Below, one piece after another: positions 1 to 9,461 of a stretch of 64,000 bases of DNA. Numbering within the stretch: the stretch's first letter is position 1; each line of letters opens with the position of its first letter. Under the pieces are notes generated by a model. It did no database searches. It had not been told where the DNA came from and saw nothing but the letters and a program-made list of their open reading frames with translations. A program made the translations under genes and the position numbers. Source of the DNA: a virus (taxonomy: Duplodnaviria; Caudoviricetes); the IMG/VR virus record IMGVR_UViG_3300028832_000131, positions 1-64,000 of that record, one strand, 5' to 3'.

Positions 1-246
1 AGACTTGATTTAGTAACTAGACAATTAACTCGTGATGAAATAGTTGATTTCTTTGCACAAATTAAATTACGTCCTACTATGGAAGTAAAGTTTTTAAATC
101 CATTTACTAATACTTGGAAAACAATAAGTGCTTATAGAGGAGATAGAATTGCTCAGGCTGCTTATCCAGTTCGAGTAACTGAGGGAGTAAATAATGCTTT
201 AGTTGAAATCTTTAATCCAGTATCAATAGCATTAATAGAATTGTAG
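1..246 (+). CDS. 3' part of distal-tail-like protein (full copy at 46794-47267)
   Basis: Near-identical to the 3' half of the 157 aa ORF; TAG at 244-246. Confidence 0.8.
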   Translation, partial: RLDLVTRQLTRDEIVDFFAQIKLRPTMEVKFLNPFTNTWKTISAYRGDRIAQAAYPVRVTEGVNNALVEIFNPVSIALIEL

Positions 247-383
247 GTGTTATATGGTAAGCGAAGAGTTTATAAATGAGTGTAAAAATTATGCTTATGA
301 AAACCGATATGGAAAAATAGAGTTTTCAAGTCCCTCATTAGAATTAAATCAAAGCAATAAAATACAAGAGTTTACTATAGATG
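1..383 (+). repeat. Near-identical direct repeat of 47022-47404
   Basis: Manual alignment shows only 3 differences (128, 173, 262). Divergence starts at 384/47405. Confidence 0.9.
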
Positions 384-1939
384 GTGGATGCTATGTTGAT
401 GGAGATATAGTTGGTAGTGTATACGTTAAAAAGTTTAATGCTAATTTAATAGATGCTTTAGACGACACTATAGAAAATAGAGAGTTTGATGCAAGTGTTG
501 GAGTTAAATATACTGTTACCGAAGAAGTAGAAGATGAAGACGTTGAAACCGAGGTTACGGAATATATTGACATGGGTTCTTATATTGTAGAGAAACCTAA
601 GGATGAACAAACTGAAAATCTGACTTCATTTGTTGGCTATGATTTATTAATGCAACACCTAGACGAAAAATACCAAACTTCATTAGATTATGAAAACGAA
701 ACAATAACAATAGCGGACGTTTATGATGAGTTATGCACTACATTGGAATTAACCCCTGTAACAACAACTTTTACTAATAGCACTATTGAAGTAGAGGCTA
801 ATCCATTTGTAGGTGGTGAAACAAATCGTATAGTATTAAATGCTATTGCTAAAGTGGCTTGTGCATTTGTAGATATAGACTATAGCACAAATGAGATAGA
901 TTTAAAGTGGTTAAGTAGTAGTTTAGACTATACGTTTGCAACAAGTGACTTCTCTTCTTTAGAGGGCGGAAAAACGGTATATGGGCCAATCAATTCATTA
1001 ATATTAAAAAGTGGTGCTGTTGATAGCGAAAACGTATCACAAGAAGATGCCGAAAGTATTGCACAAAATGGGGAGCATCAATTAGTTATTAGTGAAGATT
1101 ATTTCTTATATAATGAAACCAAAAGGCAAGAGGCTCTAACAGCAATATGGAATAAAGTAAATGGATTAACTTATACTGAATGTACTTTAACAACATATAC
1201 TGGAAAGCCTTTCTTAAAAATAGGCGATAAAATACGTATATATTTAGACGAAGAAAATTATATAGATAGTTATGTATTACAACATAATTTTACTTATGAC
1301 GGAGCATTTAAAAGTATAATTAAATGTCCTGTATTAACTGAACAAGAAGTTAAAACAAAACAAAACGTAAGTTTAGGGGAAAAATTAAGACAAACCGAAA
1401 TAATTGTTAATAAGCAAGAAGGAACTATATCTTCTACGGTATCACGAGTAAGTGATATAGAAACTAAAGAAAATAACGATTATATTGAGTTAATGGGAAA
1501 GTTTAACGATTATGAACCTTCTGGAAATTATTCTCAATTAGAAACTAGGCTATCTACGTTAGAAACAGATACCTATTTAAAAACAGAGATTCAATCAATA
1601 TTAAAAGGAACTTATTACGATGAAAACAACAATCAAATAGTAAGTGAAATTGTTAAAACAAATAGTGCTACATTTGATGAAAATGGAATGACTTACGAAA
1701 AGAGTGGTGCTAATACTAAAACAACTATTAATGAAGTAGGAGTTAACGTAAAAGATAATAACAACAATTCGATTTTGTTTGCTGGATATGTTGATAATAA
1801 TAATACGCAGTATTCTGCTTATCAAGGTCAAACAATAGTTGCTACAGATAACATTATGGTAGACCACTATTTAGTAGTTGGCTCTCACAGTCGTTTTGAA
1901 GATTATGAAACAGGAACAGGCTGTTTCTATATAGGGTAG
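254..1939 (+). CDS. Minor tail / tail-tip (hub-like) protein
   Basis: 561 aa, follows the tape measure and distal tail genes, homolog of 47275-48936. Confidence 0.7.
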   Translation: MVSEEFINECKNYAYENRYGKIEFSSPSLELNQSNKIQEFTIDGGCYVDGDIVGSVYVKKFNANLIDALDDTIENREFDASVGVKYTVTEEVEDEDVETEVTEYIDMGSYIVEKPKDEQTENLTSFVGYDLLMQHLDEKYQTSLDYENETITIADVYDELCTTLELTPVTTTFTNSTIEVEANPFVGGETNRIVLNAIAKVACAFVDIDYSTNEIDLKWLSSSLDYTFATSDFSSLEGGKTVYGPINSLILKSGAVDSENVSQEDAESIAQNGEHQLVISEDYFLYNETKRQEALTAIWNKVNGLTYTECTLTTYTGKPFLKIGDKIRIYLDEENYIDSYVLQHNFTYDGAFKSIIKCPVLTEQEVKTKQNVSLGEKLRQTEIIVNKQEGTISSTVSRVSDIETKENNDYIELMGKFNDYEPSGNYSQLETRLSTLETDTYLKTEIQSILKGTYYDENNNQIVSEIVKTNSATFDENGMTYEKSGANTKTTINEVGVNVKDNNNNSILFAGYVDNNNTQYSAYQGQTIVATDNIMVDHYLVVGSHSRFEDYETGTGCFYIG

Positions 1940-1950
1940 GTGATAGATAA

Positions 1951-4179
1951 ATGGCATTTACGTATGGAACAATAACTTATGGTAAAAATGATAGTGGTAA
2001 CATAATTTATTACAACACAACCCCTGTTTACCAAGTAAGATTAGGCTATCAAGTTAATTCACAAGATATTGAGTTAAACAAGTCAAACATAACATTACAA
2101 TTAGAAGTACGTTCAGTAAATAGTCAATATATAACTTATGGTTATAATCAAACGACTACAATAGACGGAACAACTTTAGGCTCAAAAACATTTGACTTTA
2201 GAAGTACAAATGTATGGCAAATATTTGGTACTAGAACATTTGACGTAAGTCATAATGCAGACGGTACTTATTCGGTAGAAAAAAGTGGTTCATTTACTAC
2301 AAATGTTAGTGGTACAAACAGACCTAAATCAGGTAGTGCAACAGTACAAGTTACATTACCTACTATTCCTAGAGCAAGTACAATAACTGTTAATGATGCA
2401 AATATAGGTAGTAGTACAAATATAGTAATTAATAAAGCAAGTGCAAGTTTTACTACTACTTTATCATATAAAGCAAGTGGTCAAAACAACTGGACTACAA
2501 TAGTTACTAAAACTCCTAACCAAGTTTATGGTTGGACTGTTCCTACAAGTTTTTACTCTTTAATACCAAACAGTAAAACTATAAGTTGTGAGTTTAAAGC
2601 AGAAACATTTAGTGGTGATACTTTAGTAGGGGAAAAAACTACTACGGCTACATTTACTGCAACAGGAAACCCAATAATAAACAGTTCAAGTGCTATTGAT
2701 ATAAATCCCATAACTGCTAATTTAACAGAAGGAACAAGTACAAGTAGTAAAGTGGTTAAATATGCCTCTAACGTACAAGTATCAGTAAATGCAAGTGGGC
2801 AAAATGGTGCATCAATAAGTTCTATAACTGTTAACGGAACAGCATTAACATTAAGTGGTACTAATCCTAAAACAGGTTCAATAACAATTAATGGTGCAAG
2901 TACAAACGTATTTACAATAGTTGCAACCGATACCAGAGGCTATCAAACAACTACAACAAAAACAATGACAATAGTGAATTATGTACCATTATCAATAAAT
3001 GCAACAATAAAAAGAAATCAACCAACAGATAACAAGATAAATATAAATGCAAGTGGTAATTATTTTGATGATAGTTTTGGCAGTCAAAGTAATACATTAA
3101 CAGTTGAATATAGATATAAAGAAAGTACGGATAGTTGGACAGGGCATAATTGGTTGTCTGATATGACAGTAAGTAAAAGTGGAAATACATATACTGCTTA
3201 TAAACAATTAAGTAATATGGATTATACCAAACAATATGATTTTGAAATTAAAGCAACTGATAAAGTAGGAACAAAATCAATAACAGGTATAAGAGTTTCA
3301 AAAGGAACACCAGTATATTGGTGGGATGATGACCAATTTAACATAAATGGTAAATTATATACAAGTAATGCTGGTAGAGAAGATTATGCTGCATTTGGAT
3401 TCACCTATGATGGTGCAGGTAATATGAGGCATAAAAGAAGTGATGGTGGAGATAACTTTGGTATTGATAAATATGATGGAACAAGAATGTTGTCATTCTG
3501 GCCTGAAAGTGGAAATGCTGTTATTAACGGAAGTGCAACATTAACTGGTTTAACTGTAAATGGTAATGCAGGTACTAATAATATTGTAAAGGGTGGAACA
3601 ATAGAAGGACAAGCAAACTTTGAAACAGATACTTATACAAAACAGTCATTTATGGGTAGTACAAATGTTGGTGGTACTTGGTATAATCTTATAAATGTAA
3701 GACACCGTAATGGTAGTGGAGATGGAACTAGTTATGGACTTCAAATGAGAAGTGTTTTAACGTCAGCAGGAAGTGAACTAGAATACAGAAATAATTATGG
3801 TGGAAGTTGGAGTGGTTGGACAAAAGTTGGATATACAACAGGTTCAAATACAAATGGTTATTGGATTAAATATGCTGATGGAACAATGGAATGTTATAAA
3901 ACAGTAACAGGAACAGTTAATATTACAACAAGTTGGGGTAATGGATATACTACTGGTAATGCTAATACAGTTGATTTAGGTAATTTTCCACAAACATTTA
4001 CAGCAGAACCAAATATACAAGTTACGGTAAGACGTGGAACAGGTGGTTATAATTTTTGGTTAGGAACAGTTAGTGATAGTACTGCTTCTTATGCAGGGAA
4101 AATAAGTTTATTGCGTTTTACTTCTGCTAGTAGTGTCGGATATATATTGTGGGTAAGAGCAATAGGAAAATGGAAATAA
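1951..4179 (+). CDS. Tail fibre/baseplate receptor-binding protein, DUF859-like
   Basis: Thr/Ser/Asn-rich beta protein with LPTIPRAS motif. C-terminal NTNGYWIKYADGTMECY domain typical of fibre tips. Confidence 0.7.
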   Translation: MAFTYGTITYGKNDSGNIIYYNTTPVYQVRLGYQVNSQDIELNKSNITLQLEVRSVNSQYITYGYNQTTTIDGTTLGSKTFDFRSTNVWQIFGTRTFDVSHNADGTYSVEKSGSFTTNVSGTNRPKSGSATVQVTLPTIPRASTITVNDANIGSSTNIVINKASASFTTTLSYKASGQNNWTTIVTKTPNQVYGWTVPTSFYSLIPNSKTISCEFKAETFSGDTLVGEKTTTATFTATGNPIINSSSAIDINPITANLTEGTSTSSKVVKYASNVQVSVNASGQNGASISSITVNGTALTLSGTNPKTGSITINGASTNVFTIVATDTRGYQTTTTKTMTIVNYVPLSINATIKRNQPTDNKININASGNYFDDSFGSQSNTLTVEYRYKESTDSWTGHNWLSDMTVSKSGNTYTAYKQLSNMDYTKQYDFEIKATDKVGTKSITGIRVSKGTPVYWWDDDQFNINGKLYTSNAGREDYAAFGFTYDGAGNMRHKRSDGGDNFGIDKYDGTRMLSFWPESGNAVINGSATLTGLTVNGNAGTNNIVKGGTIEGQANFETDTYTKQSFMGSTNVGGTWYNLINVRHRNGSGDGTSYGLQMRSVLTSAGSELEYRNNYGGSWSGWTKVGYTTGSNTNGYWIKYADGTMECYKTVTGTVNITTSWGNGYTTGNANTVDLGNFPQTFTAEPNIQVTVRRGTGGYNFWLGTVSDSTASYAGKISLLRFTSASSVGYILWVRAIGKWK

Positions 4180-4196
4180 AAAAGGAGAGTGATAAT

Positions 4197-4391
4197 ATGA
4201 AAACAGTATTAGAAAGATTTAAAAGTCCAGTAGTTTGGTGTCAATTAGTAGTTTTAATTGCAGAGATACTAAAACTAATTGGTGTTTATGAAATGCCTAC
4301 TGAAACAATAAGTACAATACAAGATATTATTACAATAGCATTTCAAGTGTTTGCTGGTATAAATAATCCTGCAGATAAAGATAATTTTTAA
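4197..4391 (+). CDS. Small holin-like membrane protein
   Basis: 64 aa with two hydrophobic segments. Start moved to ATG 4197 behind SD AAGGAGAG. Confidence 0.55.
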   Translation: MKTVLERFKSPVVWCQLVVLIAEILKLIGVYEMPTETISTIQDIITIAFQVFAGINNPADKDNF

Positions 4392-4404
4392 ATAGGAGGT
4401 ATAT

Positions 4405-4758
4405 ATGAATATTAAAATTACACGAGGTGATACTGCTAAGTTCTCTTTTGTTCGCAAAGACAAAAATGGTAATGTAATTTTATCACAACCACAAGCGATA
4501 TATTTTAGTGTAAAAACTAATGGTTACGCAAAACAACCATTAATACAAAAAACACTAGAAGATATGGAGTTTGATAGTGAAACAGGTAAATATATATTTT
4601 ATATTAACCCCGAAGATACAAATGAGTTATCTTATGGAAAATACGAATATGATATTGAAGTAAAAGATACAATAGATAGTATTTCATACACAAAAACAAT
4701 ATCATTAGGGTGTTTCGAAATAAATAAAGAAATAACATTTGTATCTAACGAGGTGTAA
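4405..4758 (+). CDS. BppU-like baseplate/fibre adaptor domain protein
   Basis: MNIKITRGDT...YEYDIEV pattern typical of BppU N-terminal-like domains; position among tail genes. Confidence 0.5.
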   Translation: MNIKITRGDTAKFSFVRKDKNGNVILSQPQAIYFSVKTNGYAKQPLIQKTLEDMEFDSETGKYIFYINPEDTNELSYGKYEYDIEVKDTIDSISYTKTISLGCFEINKEITFVSNEV

Positions 4759-4759
4759 T

Positions 4760-5821
4760 ATGGAACAAGAGATACAAGTAATAAAAGAGGACTTTGAAAA
4801 AGAAATTGTTATTCAAAACGAAGAAATTGGTGTTATACCGACTGGAACAAAACAAATAACTGAAAATGGCACTTATGACGTAGCAAAATATAAAAATGCG
4901 AATGTATCAATACCATTACCAACAGGAACAATTAATATATTTCAAAATGGTGAATATAATATTAAAGATTACGAATTAGCCAACGTAAATTTAACAAGTT
5001 TATATACAGGACACGCAGACGTAGAAGGACTAACTGCAATAGGTTGGACTAGCAACGATATAAACTATTTCCAACAAAATGGTATAAATTGGAATGAAGA
5101 ACTAGATAATTATTATAAATTACGACCAGACGAATTAACTGGCGTAGTAAGTAATAGTACAAGATATATGCCAAAAGATACAACATTATCTAATTTTCAT
5201 TATCGTAATACTTTAATTGCATTACCTTATATTGATTTTAGCGATAAAGTTAGTTGGAATGGAACTTTTAGGTCTTGTTATAATTTGACGACTATACCAC
5301 AATTTGATACAAGTTCGGCTACTATTATGTCATCATTGTTTGATAGTTGCTATAACTTAATAAGTATACCTTTGTTAAATACCAGTAATGTAACGACTAT
5401 GAATAGTATGTTTTCTAGTTGCTTTAATCTTAAAAATATACCTTTATTAGATACTAAAAATGTAACTGATATGAAAAATATGTTTGTTTCTTGTTTGTCA
5501 CTAAAATCTATTCCGCAGTTTAATACTGAAAATGTTACAACAATGCAAAGTATGTTTAATAGTTGTAGAGCGTTGGTTGATATTCCAATATTAAATACAA
5601 GTAAAGTTACGAACTTTAGTTCAATGTTTGGTGGTTGTCATATTTTAAGTGAGAATAGTATAAATAACATATTAAAAATGTGTATAAATGCAACGTCATA
5701 TACAGGAACAAAAACATTGTCTTATATTGGGTTAGCAAGTAATGATTATCCTTCTACAATGATACAAGGCTTATCAAATTATCAAGATTTTATAAATGCA
5801 GGTTGGACAATAGGTTATTAA
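4760..5821 (+). CDS. Tail-associated protein with DUF285/BspA-like leucine-rich repeats
   Basis: About 6 repeats of ~24 aa (IPxFDTSxVTxMxSMFxSCxxL) and N-terminal ITENGTYDV repeats. Confidence 0.7.
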   Translation: MEQEIQVIKEDFEKEIVIQNEEIGVIPTGTKQITENGTYDVAKYKNANVSIPLPTGTINIFQNGEYNIKDYELANVNLTSLYTGHADVEGLTAIGWTSNDINYFQQNGINWNEELDNYYKLRPDELTGVVSNSTRYMPKDTTLSNFHYRNTLIALPYIDFSDKVSWNGTFRSCYNLTTIPQFDTSSATIMSSLFDSCYNLISIPLLNTSNVTTMNSMFSSCFNLKNIPLLDTKNVTDMKNMFVSCLSLKSIPQFNTENVTTMQSMFNSCRALVDIPILNTSKVTNFSSMFGGCHILSENSINNILKMCINATSYTGTKTLSYIGLASNDYPSTMIQGLSNYQDFINAGWTIGY

Positions 5822-5837
5822 AAAGGAGGTGAGATAA

Positions 5838-6656
5838 ATGAGTAAAGTGTTTACAAGTGAAGAGTTTGTAGAAAAACTAAAGTGGTTTACTACATTACCA
5901 AATGTTTACTATAGTGGTAAGTATTGGAGTCAGTTAAATGACAAAGGACAATGGAGAAACGACTGTGTGCTTTCCGTAAAAAGTTTGCTTTGGCAATTCA
6001 GTGGCGATAAAAACAAATATCGTGGAGGAACAATATATAAATCAAATGGAGTGGCGGATTTTAGTTGTAATGGTGCATTAAGTTATTGTACTAATGTAAG
6101 TACGAACTTTGCAAACCTAACTGCAGGTGAATATTTATGTATGAAAGGCACTAAGTACAATCATACAGGTATTTACTTGGGTAATGGTAAAGTTTTTGAA
6201 ATGACAAGTTGTAGTGCGTGGGGAGTTAAGAAAGCCGTAATAAGCGATATAGATAGCAAAGGTAATCGTTCTTACAAGGGAGTTAAATGTTTAAAGTGGA
6301 CATATCACGGTAAACTAATATATATAGATTATACTAATGCTCCTGTACCAATGGGGCAAGTTGCTATACTACAAGATACTATGAACAAACAATGGAATTG
6401 TGGCTTAGCCGTAGACAACTCGTTTGGACCACTAACTAGAAAAGCATGTAGAGAGCATCAACTAACTTATGGATGCAATGCTCCGATAATGGTTAAGTGG
6501 TTACAATGTAGATTAAAAGAATTAGGATATAATTTGGAGGCAGATTCGCATTTTGGACCAATTACGAAAAAATGTGTCATTAGTTTCCAGAAAAAAATGC
6601 ACTTAAATCCAGATGCTATAGTGGGTGAAAACACATACAAAGCATTAACAGAGTAG
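5838..6656 (+). CDS. Endolysin (NlpC/P60-CHAP-like catalytic domain plus peptidoglycan-binding repeats)
   Basis: DCV...HTGIYLGNGKV catalytic motifs; C-terminal LAVDxSFGPxT repeats. Confidence 0.8.
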   Translation: MSKVFTSEEFVEKLKWFTTLPNVYYSGKYWSQLNDKGQWRNDCVLSVKSLLWQFSGDKNKYRGGTIYKSNGVADFSCNGALSYCTNVSTNFANLTAGEYLCMKGTKYNHTGIYLGNGKVFEMTSCSAWGVKKAVISDIDSKGNRSYKGVKCLKWTYHGKLIYIDYTNAPVPMGQVAILQDTMNKQWNCGLAVDNSFGPLTRKACREHQLTYGCNAPIMVKWLQCRLKELGYNLEADSHFGPITKKCVISFQKKMHLNPDAIVGENTYKALTE

Positions 6657-6674
6657 GGGAAGAAGGAGTAAAAT

Positions 6675-7001
6675 ATGGTTGAGACGATAATTAAAACGGC
6701 GATTGGTTATATAATACCTGCTGTATTTGGATTTTTAATAGCAAAACTTACAAGTTATAGAAAAAAGAATAACAGTATTAAAATAGCAATAATGACTATT
6801 TTACAAAGTAATATATCAAATACATTCTTCTTATATGACCCTATAAAAAAAATACCTGATTATTTATACAAGAACATATTAAATCAAGACAAGTCTTATA
6901 AAGCATTAGGTGGCAACGATTATATAGAAGCAATAATGCAAAAAATGAAAAAATGGGAAATTATTAGAACAGACATATTGCATGATAAACCTCAAATATG
7001 A
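6675..7001 (+). CDS. Membrane protein, holin-like
   Basis: N-terminal TM helix, directly after the lysin, conserved in B (54028-54354). Confidence 0.5.
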   Translation: MVETIIKTAIGYIIPAVFGFLIAKLTSYRKKNNSIKIAIMTILQSNISNTFFLYDPIKKIPDYLYKNILNQDKSYKALGGNDYIEAIMQKMKKWEIIRTDILHDKPQI

Positions 7002-7007
7002 TATAAT
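6978..7007 (+). promoter_or_regulatory. Sigma-A-type promoter
   Basis: TTGCAT-18-TATAAT with extended TG. The -10 box is lost in the B copy. Confidence 0.6.
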
Positions 7008-7013
7008 TAATTT

Positions 7014-7235
7014 GTTAGACGAGTTGTGTATCTTTGGGTCATTATGACACCATCAAGTCTGGTTGGGAGATGCACTACCAGATAACTCAATACTAACATT
7101 AATTATGCGTTGATAATATGTAAAAATGGTTACTTATACACCTAGACCGTATGGGATTTACCGTTAGAAATGTATAAGCATATTATTGGCGAAAGGTAAA
7201 ATCGCATTAGAGGTGGAGAAATCTGCCTCTATTTG
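7014..7235 (+). ncRNA. Putative structured ncRNA (genome A only)
   Basis: Multiple perfect stems, two potential pseudoknots, terminal GAAA-tetraloop hairpin, no ORF. Confidence 0.6.
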
Positions 7236-7250
7236 TTTAAGGAGAAATAA

Positions 7251-7541
7251 ATGGAAGAAGAAATTAAAGAAATACGTGAAGAAATAAAAGCCATACACGA
7301 AATAGCATTACAAAATAAAAAGGCTACTAAAACTAATGCTAAAAACATAAAAAATAATTTTGATAAAATGAATCAAAACACTTTTGTATTAGATATTCTT
7401 AAAGATTATAAAAGTGAAATAGATACTTTAAAGGATATAGTTAAAACAAACAAAAAAACTATTAAAATTATGCTTGTTGTATTAGCATTAATGGTTGTAA
7501 TATTAGCGTTGGTTTGCGTTCATCATTTTATAATAGCGTAG
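7251..7541 (+). CDS. Coiled-coil protein with C-terminal TM helix
   Basis: 96 aa, strong SD, conserved in B (54405-54674). Confidence 0.7.
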   Translation: MEEEIKEIREEIKAIHEIALQNKKATKTNAKNIKNNFDKMNQNTFVLDILKDYKSEIDTLKDIVKTNKKTIKIMLVVLALMVVILALVCVHHFIIA

Positions 7542-7551
7542 GTGAAAGCCT

Positions 7552-7752
7552 ATGAAAAGTTTTAATTTTATTAAAACCGAATATAATTATATTTGTGAAG
7601 AGGCTATGCTTAATGATGATTATAAAAAATTATTAGAAATGGAAATTAAAGGCTATTCCAGAACCAAGATGGCTATGGAACTTTATGTTACGGATTATAC
7701 GCTAGACAAAATGATAGCCGAATTAAAGAAAAAAATTACAAAAGTTTTATAA
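7552..7752 (+). CDS. Small HTH regulator (LuxR/sigma-r4-like)
   Basis: GYSRTKMAMELYVT helix-turn-helix pattern; conserved in B. Confidence 0.6.
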   Translation: MKSFNFIKTEYNYICEEAMLNDDYKKLLEMEIKGYSRTKMAMELYVTDYTLDKMIAELKKKITKVL

Positions 7753-7801
7753 AAACATTATAAGAACATTACAAAATAATGTTCTTTTTTTATGCGACAA
7801 T
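7750..7801 (+). promoter_or_regulatory. Inverted repeat/terminator overlapping a putative activator-dependent promoter
   Basis: AAGAACATTA-N5-TAATGTTCTT plus T tract, AAnACATT direct repeats, TG-n-GACAAT. Conserved in B at ~54890-54965. Confidence 0.5.
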
Positions 7802-7820
7802 TTAAGTGAAAGGAGATAAT

Positions 7821-7943
7821 ATGACTGACTTAATGGAAGAACTTTTAATGATAATGGATGATGAGTGTAAAAATTGCGAAGAATGGCAAAAAAACAAACC
7901 CCTTATAATAAATATTTATATAGGAGACGATGACGATGAATAA
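7821..7943 (+). CDS. 40 aa acidic CxxC peptide (not in ORF track)
   Basis: SD GAAAGGAG; MTDLMEELLMIMDDECKNCEEWQKNKPLIINIYIGDDDDE; conserved in B 54985-55107. Confidence 0.75.
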   Translation: MTDLMEELLMIMDDECKNCEEWQKNKPLIINIYIGDDDDE

Positions 7944-8289
7944 TCAATATATGAGAGAAAACTTATTAAGATATAGAAATCAAATAGACGAAATGTTAAA
8001 TAACAATATGCAGCCCCAATCAATGAATGTATTTAATGTTGGGGGTACTCAAATAGATTTTGAGGCTAGAATGATAGGAAAGGATGAAAAGCCTACCGAA
8101 ATCATGGTACAGAGAAGAACGGCGTTTATCTGTATTGACAACGCAACTTTAACTATAAAAGAAATAAATGGGGATATTAAAGAATATAAAATAACAATAC
8201 CTAAAACTAAAGAACAACTAGAAAACGAGGATTTAAAGAGAAGGGTAAAAGAATTAGAAGATAAATTAAGAGAGAGAGGTAAACAATGA
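7930..8289 (+). CDS. Conserved hypothetical protein of the post-lysis operon
   Basis: Q/N/M-rich N-terminus, conserved in B. Confidence 0.75.
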   Translation: MTMNNQYMRENLLRYRNQIDEMLNNNMQPQSMNVFNVGGTQIDFEARMIGKDEKPTEIMVQRRTAFICIDNATLTIKEINGDIKEYKITIPKTKEQLENEDLKRRVKELEDKLRERGKQ

Positions 8290-8486
8290 ATATAAGTTTT
8301 TTACAGCAAATATTAAAAAGTGGAAATCCACAACAAATGATAATGAATATGATGACTCCGCAGCAAAAACAAATGGCTCAAGCGTTTTTAAATAATCCTA
8401 ATAGAGAACAAGCGTTAGAACAATTAAAGAAAGATTATAAAGTGTCTGACGACCAAATAAACTCTGTTAAAAACGTATTTAGATAA
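8286..8486 (+). CDS. Q/M-rich small helical protein
   Basis: GNPQQMIMNMM pattern, conserved in B. Confidence 0.75.
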   Translation: MNISFLQQILKSGNPQQMIMNMMTPQQKQMAQAFLNNPNREQALEQLKKDYKVSDDQINSVKNVFR

Positions 8487-8520
8487 GATATTAATTAATT
8501 TAATATAGAAAGGAGGATTA

Positions 8521-9027
8521 ATGAATAGTACAAACGGAATTGGTTTAGATTGGAGCGGTCTAATTGGTTTACTTATTATCGCTGGGATATTTGGATACGG
8601 TAATGGGTTTGGATTTGGGGGAAATGGTGCAGTTTCTACTTTAACGAATGCAGAACTTCAAATGGGACTTTACAACCAAACCACTGACAATGCTATAAGA
8701 GGAATATCTGGGCAAGTTGCAGCAGTTAATGATGCAGTATTAATTGGAAAGTATGATAATGCTTTATTAATGAAAGATGCCTCACAACAATTATCTAATA
8801 GCATCGCATCTATCGGTAACTTGGTAGTACAAGAAAATCAGGCTACTAGGGATATGATAATGCAAAATAAAATAGATTCGCTATCTGACACAATCACTAT
8901 TTTACGTGGGGAGAATAGCAATTTAAAACAAACGGCTGAAATCACCCAAAATATATTAGGCAACTTAGCCACAACTGCTCCAAAACCACCATGTTATTAT
9001 GGTTGCGGATGCAATTCCCTTTATTAA
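8521..9027 (+). CDS. Gly-rich membrane-anchored protein with Cys-containing tail
   Basis: TM helix, GFGFGGNG tract, coiled coil, C-terminal CYYGCGC; nearly identical protein in B. Confidence 0.8.
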   Translation: MNSTNGIGLDWSGLIGLLIIAGIFGYGNGFGFGGNGAVSTLTNAELQMGLYNQTTDNAIRGISGQVAAVNDAVLIGKYDNALLMKDASQQLSNSIASIGNLVVQENQATRDMIMQNKIDSLSDTITILRGENSNLKQTAEITQNILGNLATTAPKPPCYYGCGCNSLY

Positions 9028-9044
9028 TATAAAGGTTGACTTAT

Positions 9045-9073
9045 GACTAGACGTAATAAGTCTAGTCTTTTTT
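9045..9073 (+). terminator. Intergenic hairpin plus T tract
   Basis: GACTAGAC-N7-GTCTAGTC-TTTTTT; same stem at 56221-56249. Confidence 0.65.
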
Positions 9074-9087
9074 AGAAAGGAGGAAAT

Positions 9088-9450
9088 ATGTGTAATACGA
9101 TAATATGCTCTAATTTAACTACAGGAACTAACAATGTAGTATTAATACCTAATCAAGAAATTAAAAATCTAACTAATACAGGTAATTATAGATTAATACT
9201 TGCTTGTAATATTCCTGAGGCTACTGCTAATTATCCTGTATTTATTCAAGTAGGAACTAACAATGTTCCTGTCTTATGTAAGTATGGAAATGAAGTGTTA
9301 GCCAATATGTTAAACAGACGAGTTAACTACCCAATAGGTTACGGTAACGAAAACAGTAATTATACTGAAGGCCAATTTATAATCATGAATTGTTGTAATC
9401 TAAATCCAAGAGGAACTGAATCTGGAGTACAAACAACAAAAACTAAATAG
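9088..9450 (+). CDS. Cys-containing beta-rich protein
   Basis: 120 aa, conserved in B (56269-56631). Confidence 0.75.
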   Translation: MCNTIICSNLTTGTNNVVLIPNQEIKNLTNTGNYRLILACNIPEATANYPVFIQVGTNNVPVLCKYGNEVLANMLNRRVNYPIGYGNENSNYTEGQFIIMNCCNLNPRGTESGVQTTKTK

Positions 9451-9461
9451 AAAGGAGAATT

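Noticed and set aside
1951-5821. Diversity-generating retroelement acting on the fibre genes
   Set aside because: No reverse transcriptase and no TR/VR pair differing only at adenines
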